This document shows positions 38,774 through 49,545 of a stretch of 64,000 bases of DNA, piece after piece. The notes under the pieces are model-generated. The model made no database searches. It saw nothing but the letters and a program-made list of their open reading frames with translations, and was not told where the DNA came from. Position numbers and translations under genes: made by a program. Position 1 is the first letter of the stretch; each line of letters starts with the position of its first letter. The stretch is from Syntrophales bacterium (GTDB lineage Bacteria > Desulfobacterota > Syntrophia > Syntrophales > UBA2210): contig CAXXKT010000001.1 of assembly GCA_963662405.2 (NCBI GenBank), forward strand, positions 928,001 to 992,000, written 5' to 3'.

Positions 38774-41728
38774 CTACATCACCTTGACCGGTGTCAGCGG
38801 CGGCACATCCCCCCCTGCGGCATTCCCGATGGCACTCTCGGAGCCCAGCACCTTCACCAATCCGTGGCCCGCGACTTCATCCAGGACATCCGCAAAGCGT
38901 GTAAAATCATCCGCCGTCGTGGCAAAGATCTCATCGCGTACCCGCTGCAGGTCCTCGTCCGTATTCCCCGTCAGATATCGTATCATCGAGGCATATCCCT
39001 TGGCATCGGGGAACAGATAGGCATCCATATCCCCGATGGCGCCGATAATTCCCTTGTGCAGTTCATCCATGCTCAGTGTACCATTCCGGAGAAATCCGGC
39101 CGTGCCGTCAAAGGCCTCGACGGTCTTCAGGACATTCGGGTCACGGTATGAAAGGAAGGTCAATACTCCGGAAAATTTATCGAAATTACAGAAAGCCCCG
39201 TACGCGCCCCCCCGTACCCGCACCTGATCCCACAACCAGGAGGTCCTGAGATATCGGGTGATCACCCTGACAGAGCCGTGATAGGAATATCCCGACCGGT
39301 ACAAATCGGCCCCCTTCCCCACATAGCTGATCTGGGAGGGAACGATCAGCCCCTCATGTCCGGGTATTTCTCCGTTCGACACGAGCAGAGCGGAACGATT
39401 CTCCCGCGCGACGGGCGATTCGGCCGGGAGTTCTCCAACAAAATCGGAAAGGTGTGGCCGAACCTGTTTCCAACCCTCCTCATCAACCGTGACATTACAG
39501 AGAACGGACTCCTGATTGACCAGGACACGCCGCATTTCCTCAAGGGTGGCGCGAATAGCGTCCCAGTCCTTCTCCATCCGCTCGGCAAGATCCCGCAGGA
39601 AGAAGAGATAACTGACCCCGTTCAGCTGTTCAGAGAGCCGACCGGCTTCGTCGAAATGCGACCTCAGGCGCAGGTTGACGATCTGGTGTCCACTGGGGAT
39701 CAGGTGCTGCTCCTGCCGGGCCTTTTCTTCCATGACCATCTGCCTGAACCGCTCCCGGTTGTCCACCCTGACATCCATCAGGATATCTCTGATAATCGAG
39801 AAAAGATCTCCCGTTTGAGGGAGCATTGCCTTCCCACACAGAAACAGCCTCGCCTCGGGACCATGCTGTGCATCTTTGACCGATGACACAAAAAGAGACG
39901 GATAGAGCCCTCCCGTCTTCCGGTCAATCCGCTGGGAAAGGGAGACATAATCCTCGGTGTGCGTACCCATTTCCAGGAGCGCCCTGCTGAAGAGCGGAAT
40001 ATACTGCAGATATCCCGCGGGGAGGCCACGCAGATTGAGACCGACCTCGACATACGCTATCCCGCTCGTCGCTATGTCATGATACAGAACCCGGGAGCCC
40101 TTCTCATTCAGAACAGCGATCGGTATCGTCTTGTTCTGCGTTTCCAGATCGGCAATCTTCAAGGTTGGAATGGTCGCCAGGGCCTCGGGAGTGTCGGGCG
40201 TCTCCTGTATTGCTTTGAGGTGTGTGGTATTCTCCACCATCCGTTTCAATCCATCCGAGTCCGCTGCTTGGAGGACGGCTTGGAGCCGTTCTTTTTCCGC
40301 GGCCTCCATCCTGTCTTCCAGTTCCGGGTCCGGGTGTATGATGACCGTGGCACGGTGTGCATTCTCCAGGAAGCATTCCCGGATCAGGACCTCGAAGAAA
40401 TCCTTCTTCGAGGCGATGCGGGTATTGATCTCCGCCAGGATCGATTCGAAGGAAAGGAGGGCAAGGGGGTCACCGTCATACAGCCAGGTTGTCATCGCCC
40501 TGAGCATCAGGACCAAACCGCGGGGGTAACTGCCCGTATTGTTTTCACGGAGACTGAATTCGATGGTATTGAGGGCCGCCTCCACCGCCTTCGGATCGAT
40601 ACCGTCTGTTGCCAACCCAGTCAGGGTATCCATGATCAGGGCCTCGACGGCGTCTTCCTTCCCCGGTGTGATCCCTTTCAATCCCACGGAGAACACGAGC
40701 TGTCTCAGTTCTCCTTCCAACCCGCCTCCGGTGATATCCTCCCCCAGACCGGACTCAATCAGCGCCTTGCGCAGGGGAGACCCGGGGGTGCCGAGAAGAA
40801 TGTATCCCAGGATATTGAACGCCATGGAGGTCACGGCATCGCTTGTCTCCCCCAAGACCCAGTTGACGGTCATCATGCTCCCGGACGTGTCATCACCTGC
40901 GGCAAAGGGGCGTCTGATCCGTCGCGGGGCATCAAAGCGGGGCTGCAGGGCAACCGTCGAATCAACCGTTATTTGCTTGAAATCTTTTAGATATTCGTCG
41001 ACCAAACGGAGTCTCTCGCCAGGATCGTCATCACCGGAAAAGAAGATGCGCGCATTGGAGGGATGGTAGTACCGGCGGTGGAATTCTGTGAACTGCTCAT
41101 AACTCAGGTCGGGAATAACGGTGGGGTCTCCGCCGGAATCGAGCCCGTAGGTTGTATCGGGAAAGAGCGCCTGCTGTGAATATTCGGCAAGGACCCGGTC
41201 CGGAGACGAGTTCGCCCCTTTCATCTCATTGAAGACCACCCCCTTATAGACGAGGGGACCAGCGGGATCCTCTATCTCATAGTGCCACCCCTCCTGCTGG
41301 AAAATCGCGGGGGTAATACGCGGATAGAAAACGGCATCCAGATAGACATCGATCAGGTTATAGAAATCCTGAAGATTCTGGCTTGCAACGGGATAGCAGG
41401 TCTTGTCCGGGTAGGTGAAGGCGTTGAGGAATGTCTGCAATGAACCCTTCAGTATCTCCACGAACGGTTCCTTCACGGGATACTTGCGGGAACCGCAGAG
41501 AACGGAATGCTCCAGGATATGGGGGACACCCGTGGAGTCGACGGGTGGCGTCCGAAAGGTAATGCCGAACACCTTGTTTTCATCATCATTGATCAGAGAC
41601 AGGAGTTCGGCCCCCGTTCGGAGGTGCCGGTACAGCCGCGCCTCTGTCTTCAATTCGCTGATGTATTGTTTCCGTACGAGATCGAACCCATAGCATTGTT
41701 CTGTCATATACCGCTCCCATTGTTTCAT
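38774..41728 (-). CDS. M16C metallopeptidase (PreP/insulinase-like)
   Basis: HILEH inverted zinc motif, KYPVKEPF, GVVFNEMKG, RVRGGAYG and SYRDPN. Confidence 0.93.
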   Translation of the reverse strand: MKQWERYMTEQCYGFDLVRKQYISELKTEARLYRHLRTGAELLSLINDDENKVFGITFRTPPVDSTGVPHILEHSVLCGSRKYPVKEPFVEILKGSLQTFLNAFTYPDKTCYPVASQNLQDFYNLIDVYLDAVFYPRITPAIFQQEGWHYEIEDPAGPLVYKGVVFNEMKGANSSPDRVLAEYSQQALFPDTTYGLDSGGDPTVIPDLSYEQFTEFHRRYYHPSNARIFFSGDDDPGERLRLVDEYLKDFKQITVDSTVALQPRFDAPRRIRRPFAAGDDTSGSMMTVNWVLGETSDAVTSMAFNILGYILLGTPGSPLRKALIESGLGEDITGGGLEGELRQLVFSVGLKGITPGKEDAVEALIMDTLTGLATDGIDPKAVEAALNTIEFSLRENNTGSYPRGLVLMLRAMTTWLYDGDPLALLSFESILAEINTRIASKKDFFEVLIRECFLENAHRATVIIHPDPELEDRMEAAEKERLQAVLQAADSDGLKRMVENTTHLKAIQETPDTPEALATIPTLKIADLETQNKTIPIAVLNEKGSRVLYHDIATSGIAYVEVGLNLRGLPAGYLQYIPLFSRALLEMGTHTEDYVSLSQRIDRKTGGLYPSLFVSSVKDAQHGPEARLFLCGKAMLPQTGDLFSIIRDILMDVRVDNRERFRQMVMEEKARQEQHLIPSGHQIVNLRLRSHFDEAGRLSEQLNGVSYLFFLRDLAERMEKDWDAIRATLEEMRRVLVNQESVLCNVTVDEEGWKQVRPHLSDFVGELPAESPVARENRSALLVSNGEIPGHEGLIVPSQISYVGKGADLYRSGYSYHGSVRVITRYLRTSWLWDQVRVRGGAYGAFCNFDKFSGVLTFLSYRDPNVLKTVEAFDGTAGFLRNGTLSMDELHKGIIGAIGDMDAYLFPDAKGYASMIRYLTGNTDEDLQRVRDEIFATTADDFTRFADVLDEVAGHGLVKVLGSESAIGNAAGGDVPPLTPVKVM

Positions 41729-41945
41729 GTATTCAAAAAAGATGATGTTGTGCTTATACCTGCTTTCACCTTTCGGTGCAACCGCTCAGAGAGCCCCCTC
41801 CCCTCCCGCACGAAAGGACAGAGGTATCCACACCGGGACAGAGACGTACAACGTGGTAAGATGCTAATTTGCGCACAAAGGTCTTGCATAGGTCCCGTGT
41901 TTTGAGCTATTTAAGTCGGAATATACCCATTGTGGTTTATTCTGG

Positions 41946-42587
41946 ATGGAGAAACTTATGTTTGGATATACCGTCAAAGAATTGAAGCACCATGCCCCCT
42001 TTACGCTGTTCGGTGCCCTGACCGGTGTTGGCATGATGATACTCTTCCAACACATCCCTACCCGCATTGCCTTCAACATTTTTTATATCCTTCACCCGGT
42101 ACACGTCGTCCTGAGCGCACTTGTTACCACATCCATATATCGGATGTATAAATCAGGGAAGGGGCGGTTCTCCCTGGTATCGCTCTTGGTGATCGGTTTC
42201 GTCGGCTCTGTCGGAATCGCCACGGTCAGTGACTCCCTGATCCCTTACCTCGGGGAAGTAATGCTCGACATGCCGAATCGGGGGATCCATATCGGCTTTA
42301 TCGAAAAATGGTGGTTGATCAATCCGTTAGCCTTCCTGGGAATCGCTATCGCCTATTTCCGGCCGTCTACCACGTTCCCCCATGCGGGGCATGTCCTGCT
42401 GAGCACGTGGGCGTCCCTGTTTCACATCCTCATGGCCACCGGGGGGGGGGTAAGCTGGGTGTCGTACGTCGTCGTCTTCCTCTTTCTGTTTATCGCCGTC
42501 GTCATCCCCTGTTGTGTCAGCGATATCATATTCCCGCTCATGTTCGTCGGAGCACCGAAAGAATCAAACGGCACGGAATCTTCGTAA
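41946..42587 (+). CDS. His-rich hypothetical membrane protein
   Basis: About 6 TM segments; HHAPFT, HPVHV, PHAGHV and PCC; in-frame G10 tract at 42441-42450. Confidence 0.7.
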   Translation: MEKLMFGYTVKELKHHAPFTLFGALTGVGMMILFQHIPTRIAFNIFYILHPVHVVLSALVTTSIYRMYKSGKGRFSLVSLLVIGFVGSVGIATVSDSLIPYLGEVMLDMPNRGIHIGFIEKWWLINPLAFLGIAIAYFRPSTTFPHAGHVLLSTWASLFHILMATGGGVSWVSYVVVFLFLFIAVVIPCCVSDIIFPLMFVGAPKESNGTESS

Positions 42588-42599
42588 CACAGGAATCAC

Positions 42600-43361
42600 A
42601 TGGAGACCGAAGCGCTTACTACAGCAAAGATCCTTTCCGAACAGATCGCTCACGAGTGCGGTATTCCCTGTTTTTACACCGAGCAAAAAGCTCATATCGA
42701 CACATCGTCCCGCCTCTTCGCAGAAAACCCGCTGGTCTCATCCTGTATGCAGATCCTGACGGAACAGGCGGACATCTCTGGTCACGGCCTTTCTCACTCC
42801 CGCAAGGTTGCCCGGGATGCAGGTGCTATTGTGCTGATCGAACGGGGCTCGTCGGAGGAGGTGACGCGCTTGGTCACGCTTGCCCATATCGCCGGCATTC
42901 TCCATGACATCAAGCGATCGAGCAAAGACCACGCACGGCTCGGGGCCGAGAAGGCAAAAAAGATACTGAGAACTTTTGATCTCAGTCACGGAGAACGGGA
43001 GGCGGTGGTCGGTGCGATACGAAACCATGAGGCCTTTCAGCCCTGCGCGCCCCTTGCCGACACGGATGCACAGTTCCTCTCAGATGTCCTGTACGATGCC
43101 GACAAGTTTCGATGGGGACCCGACAATTTCACTGAGATGCTCTGGGATATCGCAACGGCCCGGCATGTCTCCGTTGAAGACCTCATCCCCTATTTCCCGT
43201 CCGGTCTGGATTCCCTGAGAGAGATCAGAGATACCTTCCGCACACCGACGGGGAAACGCTATGGTCCCGATTTTATCGATCGGGGGCTACGGATCGGGGA
43301 ACGATTGCATGCGGCGCTCCGCGAAGCATTCCCTCAAGAGCCCGACTCTTCGGAGGATTGA
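42600..43361 (+). CDS. HD-domain phosphohydrolase
   Basis: HGLSHS, ILHDIKR, IRNHE and LYDADK. Confidence 0.85.
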   Translation: METEALTTAKILSEQIAHECGIPCFYTEQKAHIDTSSRLFAENPLVSSCMQILTEQADISGHGLSHSRKVARDAGAIVLIERGSSEEVTRLVTLAHIAGILHDIKRSSKDHARLGAEKAKKILRTFDLSHGEREAVVGAIRNHEAFQPCAPLADTDAQFLSDVLYDADKFRWGPDNFTEMLWDIATARHVSVEDLIPYFPSGLDSLREIRDTFRTPTGKRYGPDFIDRGLRIGERLHAALREAFPQEPDSSED

Positions 43362-43386
43362 TACCATTCGTGTACGCCGCTGATCC

Positions 43387-45198
43387 CTAGAAATAATAGA
43401 GCATGGCGAGATAATCGCCCACATTCTCCCCGTCTCCCTGCAGTCGCTTGAAATAATCGTACAGGGATACATCCGTGTAGAGGTAATCCTTGGCCGTCGC
43501 ATGTTTCGTGTCCCAGGAATAGAACTCGTATATCCTGCGCCCGTCGGGGAGAATCATGATCACTTCATGGTCCTGACCCGCCCGGAGGTGAGACTTTCCC
43601 AACCGCGGCACATTAAAGACCGGCTCGTCCGTCCTGACAAGACCGGGAAGGAGCCGTGCCTCTTCCTTCCGTTCCTGCAGGATCCGCGCAATGGGGACCC
43701 TGAAATCGACGGTCTCATCCTTCCCCTGGCAGTTAAAGGTGTAGTAGGGATCGATCCCGGAGACCTTGAGGGTCTTCCGGAGAAAGGCCGTCTCGAATTT
43801 TTTGCTGTTGTAGTAGGTAAAGACCTGCTGGTTATAGATATTGATCCCCAGCCTTTTGATCTTCTTCACGGCCTCCAGGACCTCATCACACAGCTCGGTC
43901 GGATGTTCGCAATGGGTCACCAGTGCAACCTCCCGTTTCCCCCACTGATGGTATTTCTCAAGGATTGCAAGGAAACCCTCGTCGATTCTCTGGGGAAGAG
44001 TGACCAGCGTCCTGGTCCCGATCCGTATCCGATCCACGTGATCAATCGCCGCGATCTCCCCGACAAGCCAGTCGAGATATGAATTGCTCAGGGTCAATGG
44101 ATCCCCGCCGGTTATCAGGATCTCCGACAGATTCTTATCCTCCCGCGCCCACTGGATCATCTCCACCACCTTCTCTCGGGGCATCATGGGATTGTCATCC
44201 ATCTCCTTGATCTCCCAGTTCCTCTGGCAGTAGACACAGATCTGCGGACACGAATTGAAGGGCTTCATGATGATAATCTGAGGATATCGGCGTGTCACCC
44301 CGTCGATCGGGCTCGTCCAACGCTCCCCCATGAAATCTTCCCCTGCGACTACCTGGTGGGCAAGAAGGTTGGTACAATAGCGGGGGCCCTGGATGACCTG
44401 CGCGCGGACGGCTTGATCATGAAACGACCGGCCTTTTTCGTTGAAAAGGGAGAGGTAATGCGGCGTTATTTCAAAGGGGAGGTGATGTTCCTTGGCCATT
44501 CTCAGGCCTTCCGTCTCGTCTTCATTCAAGGCGACCAGCGCGGAAAGCGTCTCAGGGTCTCTGATGATATGCTTGAGGTGCCATTTATAATTGTTCCAGT
44601 CGTCCTTCGTACCTCCAAAATAGCGGAGAATTTTCTTTTTCAGACCATTCCTCCGGCGCATCAATTGCGGGTCGAGCCCTGTCTTATACCGTTTGAACGC
44701 CCTCCGCATCGCCACCGCATATGCATCCAGCTGCTCGGATCTTTCGATGGAAGCGGGGCGGGCCTCTTGCGGCTCCGGGAGTTCATGATAATGGGAATGT
44801 TTGCCGTACTTGCCCCTGAGCCCCTTGAGAAGGGCCAGATATTCGACCAGAAACCCTTCACTCACCCTGGACAGTGCCCCCTCTTCTCCCCGCGCAATAT
44901 CATACAAATGGTGCAACGGTGACGCCTGGGTCAGGTGTTCATTTTCCGTTCTCATGGTATTCGAGAGGACCCGGATACACTCCCGGGCCGTCCTCTTCTC
45001 CACGGGGGAAAGATCCGCAAAGGGCGTTGCTGATTTCATATTGTACAGATCTCGTCTGAAACGATCGAGATAATCGAACAGGATGTACCGCGCCTCTTCC
45101 ACATGCTTCGCATCACGTAAGATTTTCCTGAGCCGAGGTTCCGCTTTCCATATTCGTTGGATGAGTTCTTCCTTGGATAAATCGATCAGATGTTTCAT
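43387..45198 (-). CDS. KamA-family radical SAM protein (long form, aminomutase-like)
   Basis: CPQICVYCQR, ITGGDPL, RIGTR...PQRI, NQQV and PRLGKSH (candidate PLP lysine); long N-terminal extension. Confidence 0.88.
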   Translation of the reverse strand: MKHLIDLSKEELIQRIWKAEPRLRKILRDAKHVEEARYILFDYLDRFRRDLYNMKSATPFADLSPVEKRTARECIRVLSNTMRTENEHLTQASPLHHLYDIARGEEGALSRVSEGFLVEYLALLKGLRGKYGKHSHYHELPEPQEARPASIERSEQLDAYAVAMRRAFKRYKTGLDPQLMRRRNGLKKKILRYFGGTKDDWNNYKWHLKHIIRDPETLSALVALNEDETEGLRMAKEHHLPFEITPHYLSLFNEKGRSFHDQAVRAQVIQGPRYCTNLLAHQVVAGEDFMGERWTSPIDGVTRRYPQIIIMKPFNSCPQICVYCQRNWEIKEMDDNPMMPREKVVEMIQWAREDKNLSEILITGGDPLTLSNSYLDWLVGEIAAIDHVDRIRIGTRTLVTLPQRIDEGFLAILEKYHQWGKREVALVTHCEHPTELCDEVLEAVKKIKRLGINIYNQQVFTYYNSKKFETAFLRKTLKVSGIDPYYTFNCQGKDETVDFRVPIARILQERKEEARLLPGLVRTDEPVFNVPRLGKSHLRAGQDHEVIMILPDGRRIYEFYSWDTKHATAKDYLYTDVSLYDYFKRLQGDGENVGDYLAMLYYF

Positions 45199-45227
45199 AC
45201 CTCCCTGCCTTTCTTCTCCACACGCCC

Positions 45228-46232
45228 CTACCAAACCGTTACGATCGGCAGGTCACGCATGGTGACCAGCCCGGGTGGCGCTTCGTACACACGACGCACG
45301 GCATTGACCGTGATCGCCACCGTGGCAATGTCTCCGTTGGTTCCCTGTAACCTAATCTCCAGATCCGGCCTCCCGGTAATCCTGATAGTGTCCCCATCCC
45401 CCGCCTCATCAAGGGCCGCTATGAATGTGAGGGTCATAAATTCACCCGCATCCGTATACCCGCGGGCCACCTGTTTCAGCCCCCGGACCTGTCCGGGTTT
45501 GACCGTACAATATTCGGTTGTGACCGCGTGGTCTGCCACGACGGGTTCAACTTCGGATTCGTATCGCGCAAGCGCCTTCCCCAAGGTATGGAAGACCATA
45601 CCCATCGATTCGGGAAGCCCGACATGCCCCATGCGTCCCTTCTTCATCTGCATGGAAAAGGCCTCCACCGTCATCCCGGCACCAATTTTTGCCTGGAACG
45701 GCCCGCGCCTTGCGGATGCATTCATGCGACGCGTTACGTCAATACGGTCCACCCGCTGGGAAATAGCGGTCAGGTGAAGGGGAAGCGTATCCATCAGGAA
45801 CCCCGGATTGACACCCGTCCCCAACACCGTCTTCCCGGCCTGCCGGGCGACGGCATCTATCCTGGCAGCGGCCTCCGGGTGGGCCAGCCAGGGGAACGAA
45901 AGCTCCTCGGATGTCGAGACGACATCCAATCCTTCCCCGAGAACCTCAAAGATCTGTGTCTCAAACAGATCAAAGAAGGAACCCGTGGTGTGTAATACCA
46001 CATCCGCCGGTCTTTTTTCCAGTGCCCGGGCAAGATTTTGGGTTACCGGAATGCCCAGCGGGAAGCCGATCCCTACCACATCACCGATATCTCTCCCTAA
46101 CTTGGCCGGATCGATATCCACTCCCCCCACCAGTTCTACGCCCTTGCGCTCCACGACGTGGCGCGCCATAGCACTCCCAATCGGCCCCAGGCCGTACTGT
46201 ACTACCCGAATGACGGTATCAGGCATGCTCAT
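45228..46232 (-). CDS. NAD(P)-dependent amine dehydrogenase (Ord/2,4-diaminopentanoate dehydrogenase-like, DapB N-terminal fold)
   Basis: YGLGPIG Rossmann motif, VVSTSEEL, LGTGVNPGFLMD, GHVGLPES and GDIATVAITVN. Confidence 0.8.
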   Translation of the reverse strand: MSMPDTVIRVVQYGLGPIGSAMARHVVERKGVELVGGVDIDPAKLGRDIGDVVGIGFPLGIPVTQNLARALEKRPADVVLHTTGSFFDLFETQIFEVLGEGLDVVSTSEELSFPWLAHPEAAARIDAVARQAGKTVLGTGVNPGFLMDTLPLHLTAISQRVDRIDVTRRMNASARRGPFQAKIGAGMTVEAFSMQMKKGRMGHVGLPESMGMVFHTLGKALARYESEVEPVVADHAVTTEYCTVKPGQVRGLKQVARGYTDAGEFMTLTFIAALDEAGDGDTIRITGRPDLEIRLQGTNGDIATVAITVNAVRRVYEAPPGLVTMRDLPIVTVW

Positions 46233-48955
46233 GTTCCTCCATTCTTTTGTATTGCAGCCTTTCTCCTTCCCTGCATGATTATCACTAAAATCAATATGAT
46301 CATCCCGATCACATCGGTATAGCCTTCCGGTGTAAAGAGGCAGAAAGCAGCGATCCCTGACAGTACCCGTTCCACGAGCGTGGATCGCATCCTCAGATAG
46401 CCGATGACCGTAGCCCCGAGGGCCACGACCCCCAAGACCAGTGTGATAAAAACCCGGGCAAATCGAAGGTAATCAAACGAGGCGGCGGGGTCCAGGAGGG
46501 CCGGAAGCCACAAGACGATGGGGGAATAGACAAAGACGAAGGGAACATAGACCTTCGCCATCGAAAGGCTGAAGGCGGTAAATCCCGTCCTGAAGGGGTC
46601 CCCACCCGAAATCCCGGAAGCCGCGTAAGCGGCAAGGGCAACGGGCGGTGTCACATCGGCAAGGACGGCATAAAAGAGGACGAACATGTGCGACACGAGA
46701 GGAGGAATTCCCCACTGCAACAGCGCCGGAGCCGCGATCATCGATGCGATGATATACTGTGCCGTGGTGGGGATCCCCATTCCCAGGATAAAGCAGGATA
46801 TGGCAGTAAAGATGAGGGTAAAAAAGAGGGTGGTCCCCTCGAGGGAAAGCCAATGCATCACATCAACCATACTGATGAAACCCGCCACACCGTGGGCGAG
46901 CTCGATAACGGCGGCGGCAAACTTGAGTCCGAGTCCGGTCAGCGTGGTGGCCCCGACGATAAACCCGACGCAGGCACACGCCGCCCCGATGGCGAGTGCA
47001 TTTTTCGTCCCCGCCTCCAGTGTATCCAGGATATCGGGAACCCGCATGCGGCTCTCCTTGTAGCAGACGCCGACACCGATTACGGCCATCTGTCCCCAGA
47101 AGGCGCACAGCGACGGTTCTATCCTGCACCAGAGCAGGACCGACAGGAGGGCGGTTGTCGCGATCCCCAGCAGCCATGAGATACGATCGGTCTTGCGAGA
47201 AACATATATAAACCCCACTATCCCGATCCCGCCCCATATGATCAGTGAGGAGAGGGAATGGTGCAGTGGATTCAATCGCGCCAAGACACAGGGAACCGAC
47301 AGGAAGATCGTTATCAGGAGCGGCATGGTTCTCATGTGTATCTGGCCGATCGCCACGGAAAATATGATCCCCCAGAAGGCCGCCAGGAAGGGGCTGCTCC
47401 CCGCGATGAGGAGATACACAATGACCGCGAGCGGGGCAATGAGCAGACCCCGTTCCCTGAGGATGACGCCGACCCGGGGGAGCGATTCGCGGGGAAGACC
47501 CTTGAGTCCCTGTTTCAGAGCCTCGAAGTGGACCATGGTCCCCACGGCAAAAAAATGCAGGAAGGACGGGACGATGGCGGCGGCGGCGATCTTGACATAG
47601 GGGATCCCCAGGAACTCGGCCATGATAAAGGCGGCCGCCCCCATAATCGGCGGCATCAACTGTCCCCCCGTTGAAGACGCCGCCTCGACCGCCCCCGCAA
47701 ACCGCGGTGAATACCCCACCTTTTTCATGAGAGGGATGGTAAAGGCCCCCGTCGTGACGGTGTTGGCGATGGAGCTGCCGTTGATCGAACCGAGGAAACC
47801 ACTCGAAATGACCGAAACCTTGGCCGGACCGCCGACGGTCCCACCCGCCAGGGCCATGGCGAGGTCGATAAAGAGCTGTCCCAGGCCGGTCTTTGAGATA
47901 AAGATCCCGAAAATGACGAAGTGGAAGACAAAGGTGGCGACGACCCCGAGGGGGATACCGAAGATCCCCTCCGTTCCGAGGTACATGTGCTCGATAATCC
48001 GCTCGACGGAATATCCCCGGTGCGCGAAAAAGCTGAGGCCCGGGATATCGAGAAAATAGGGGCCCAGATAACAGTTGATCAGGACGAGCAGGGCGATGAT
48101 GGGGAGGGGTGGTCCGATACTGCGTCTCGCCCCTTCGAGGATCAGCAGGATGGCGAAGGCACCCACGACGACATCCATCTCGAGGGGGAGCCCGGCTCGG
48201 ATCACCAGGCTGTTGAATTCGAGGAAGATATACACGGAGACAAAGGTTGCGAGAACCGCAAAAAACAGATCGAAGTAAGGGATATGATCCGGCGTGTAGC
48301 CGAAGGTCCCTCCCCTGATCATGGTGTATACCGCCCGCACCCACTGGACGGTAAAGAGAATGATCAGGCTGAAAAAAACGCCGAAGAGAAACAGGCTCCA
48401 GAAGAGGAGGGACCATCCCGCATTATCGAAGGCCTCCTCCAGATGGAGGTGTTTCAGGACAATACCGCCACCGAAAAGGAGAACCCCGATCATCAGGGTA
48501 AAGAGGAAGAAATCACCATAGACAAAGATCCGTCCCGACAAAAATTCACGGCGCTTGCAATAGATGATCACCAGAAATGACATCACACAGAGGGCACCGG
48601 CGGCTAATACGGACAGATGCATGATCTCGCGGAACATGACACCGACGAGAGCGGCACCGATGATTCCGTATATACCATCGTACACCCAGTGCTTTCCGTC
48701 ATCTGTTCGGTCTTTCCGTATCGCATACAACAGATAGACCAGCGGCAGGACAAAGGCCAGGTGAAACGCCCGGTGTCTCCATTCCTGAAATACCCCGAAC
48801 CCGGCCGTGTAGATATGGAATATCGACAGGACCAGCGTCATAAAGAACGCGAGCTTCAGTGTCATGCCGGAAAGCCGGCGGAATCGCAACTCCGGATCGT
48901 ATTTAGCAAGAATCTCATGGTGTCCAGCGACGGCTGCGGTTCCCTGCAATTCCAT
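46229..48955 (-). CDS. TRAP transporter fused 4TM/12TM permease (TAXI-associated)
   Basis: GGPAKVSV, VEAASSTGGQLMPPIMGAAAF, LGMGIPTT and DVTPPVALAAYAA. Confidence 0.92.
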   Translation of the reverse strand: MELQGTAAVAGHHEILAKYDPELRFRRLSGMTLKLAFFMTLVLSIFHIYTAGFGVFQEWRHRAFHLAFVLPLVYLLYAIRKDRTDDGKHWVYDGIYGIIGAALVGVMFREIMHLSVLAAGALCVMSFLVIIYCKRREFLSGRIFVYGDFFLFTLMIGVLLFGGGIVLKHLHLEEAFDNAGWSLLFWSLFLFGVFFSLIILFTVQWVRAVYTMIRGGTFGYTPDHIPYFDLFFAVLATFVSVYIFLEFNSLVIRAGLPLEMDVVVGAFAILLILEGARRSIGPPLPIIALLVLINCYLGPYFLDIPGLSFFAHRGYSVERIIEHMYLGTEGIFGIPLGVVATFVFHFVIFGIFISKTGLGQLFIDLAMALAGGTVGGPAKVSVISSGFLGSINGSSIANTVTTGAFTIPLMKKVGYSPRFAGAVEAASSTGGQLMPPIMGAAAFIMAEFLGIPYVKIAAAAIVPSFLHFFAVGTMVHFEALKQGLKGLPRESLPRVGVILRERGLLIAPLAVIVYLLIAGSSPFLAAFWGIIFSVAIGQIHMRTMPLLITIFLSVPCVLARLNPLHHSLSSLIIWGGIGIVGFIYVSRKTDRISWLLGIATTALLSVLLWCRIEPSLCAFWGQMAVIGVGVCYKESRMRVPDILDTLEAGTKNALAIGAACACVGFIVGATTLTGLGLKFAAAVIELAHGVAGFISMVDVMHWLSLEGTTLFFTLIFTAISCFILGMGIPTTAQYIIASMIAAPALLQWGIPPLVSHMFVLFYAVLADVTPPVALAAYAASGISGGDPFRTGFTAFSLSMAKVYVPFVFVYSPIVLWLPALLDPAASFDYLRFARVFITLVLGVVALGATVIGYLRMRSTLVERVLSGIAAFCLFTPEGYTDVIGMIILILVIIMQGRRKAAIQKNGGT

Positions 48956-48969
48956 GATCCCTCCCTTGT

Positions 48970-49479
48970 TCACGAAAGGTTTGCCTTCATGCAGACAAAC
49001 GCGAAAATTGAAACCTCTTCAACCGTCACCCTCAGGAGCGTGTTTCCCGCAAGATCGGGGAGCTTGATAAGCGGCTCCCCCTCCAACGCCAGAGTATTCT
49101 CATACTGCGCATTGACCCAGAGATCGAGAATCGGCACGACCCGGGCCATATTGAAGATGCGGAAATGATCACCGTCACGGGAAAACCGTTCATCGCCGGA
49201 GAGGGTTGTCGGCAGACCGGTGTTACAGGAAGAGAAGTGCGTCTCGTACAGTACGATCCGGAAATCCGTGTCGATCCTGAAATACTCCCGGACCGGAGAC
49301 CGTTCAACCGAATGCACATAGGCGGTCGAAAAGGTGCTATTCGGCTTTATTGTGCGTACAAAGACCGTTTGGCGTTCTCTTACTGCCTCAATCCGCAACA
49401 CATGGACATGAAAAGAAAAAAATGAAACGAGAAGCAGGGCGGCGAGAGACGAGACAATGATAACTCTCTTCGTATCCAT
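48970..49479 (-). CDS. DUF1850-family protein
   Basis: YVHSVERSPVREYF and F....GLP; lies between the TAXI and fused permease genes. Confidence 0.8.
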   Translation of the reverse strand: MDTKRVIIVSSLAALLLVSFFSFHVHVLRIEAVRERQTVFVRTIKPNSTFSTAYVHSVERSPVREYFRIDTDFRIVLYETHFSSCNTGLPTTLSGDERFSRDGDHFRIFNMARVVPILDLWVNAQYENTLALEGEPLIKLPDLAGNTLLRVTVEEVSIFAFVCMKANLS

Positions 49480-49545
49480 GCTGAGACCGGGAGACCGGGC
49501 ACCGCATCCGGTGCCCGGTTATCTCTTGACAGTGCGTAATCGGCG

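Noticed and set aside
46863..48416. Long alternative-frame or antisense ORFs (517 aa here; also 5677-7236, 36143-37543, 24133-25419 and others)
   Set aside because: Shadow ORFs of GC-rich real genes with no family motifs.
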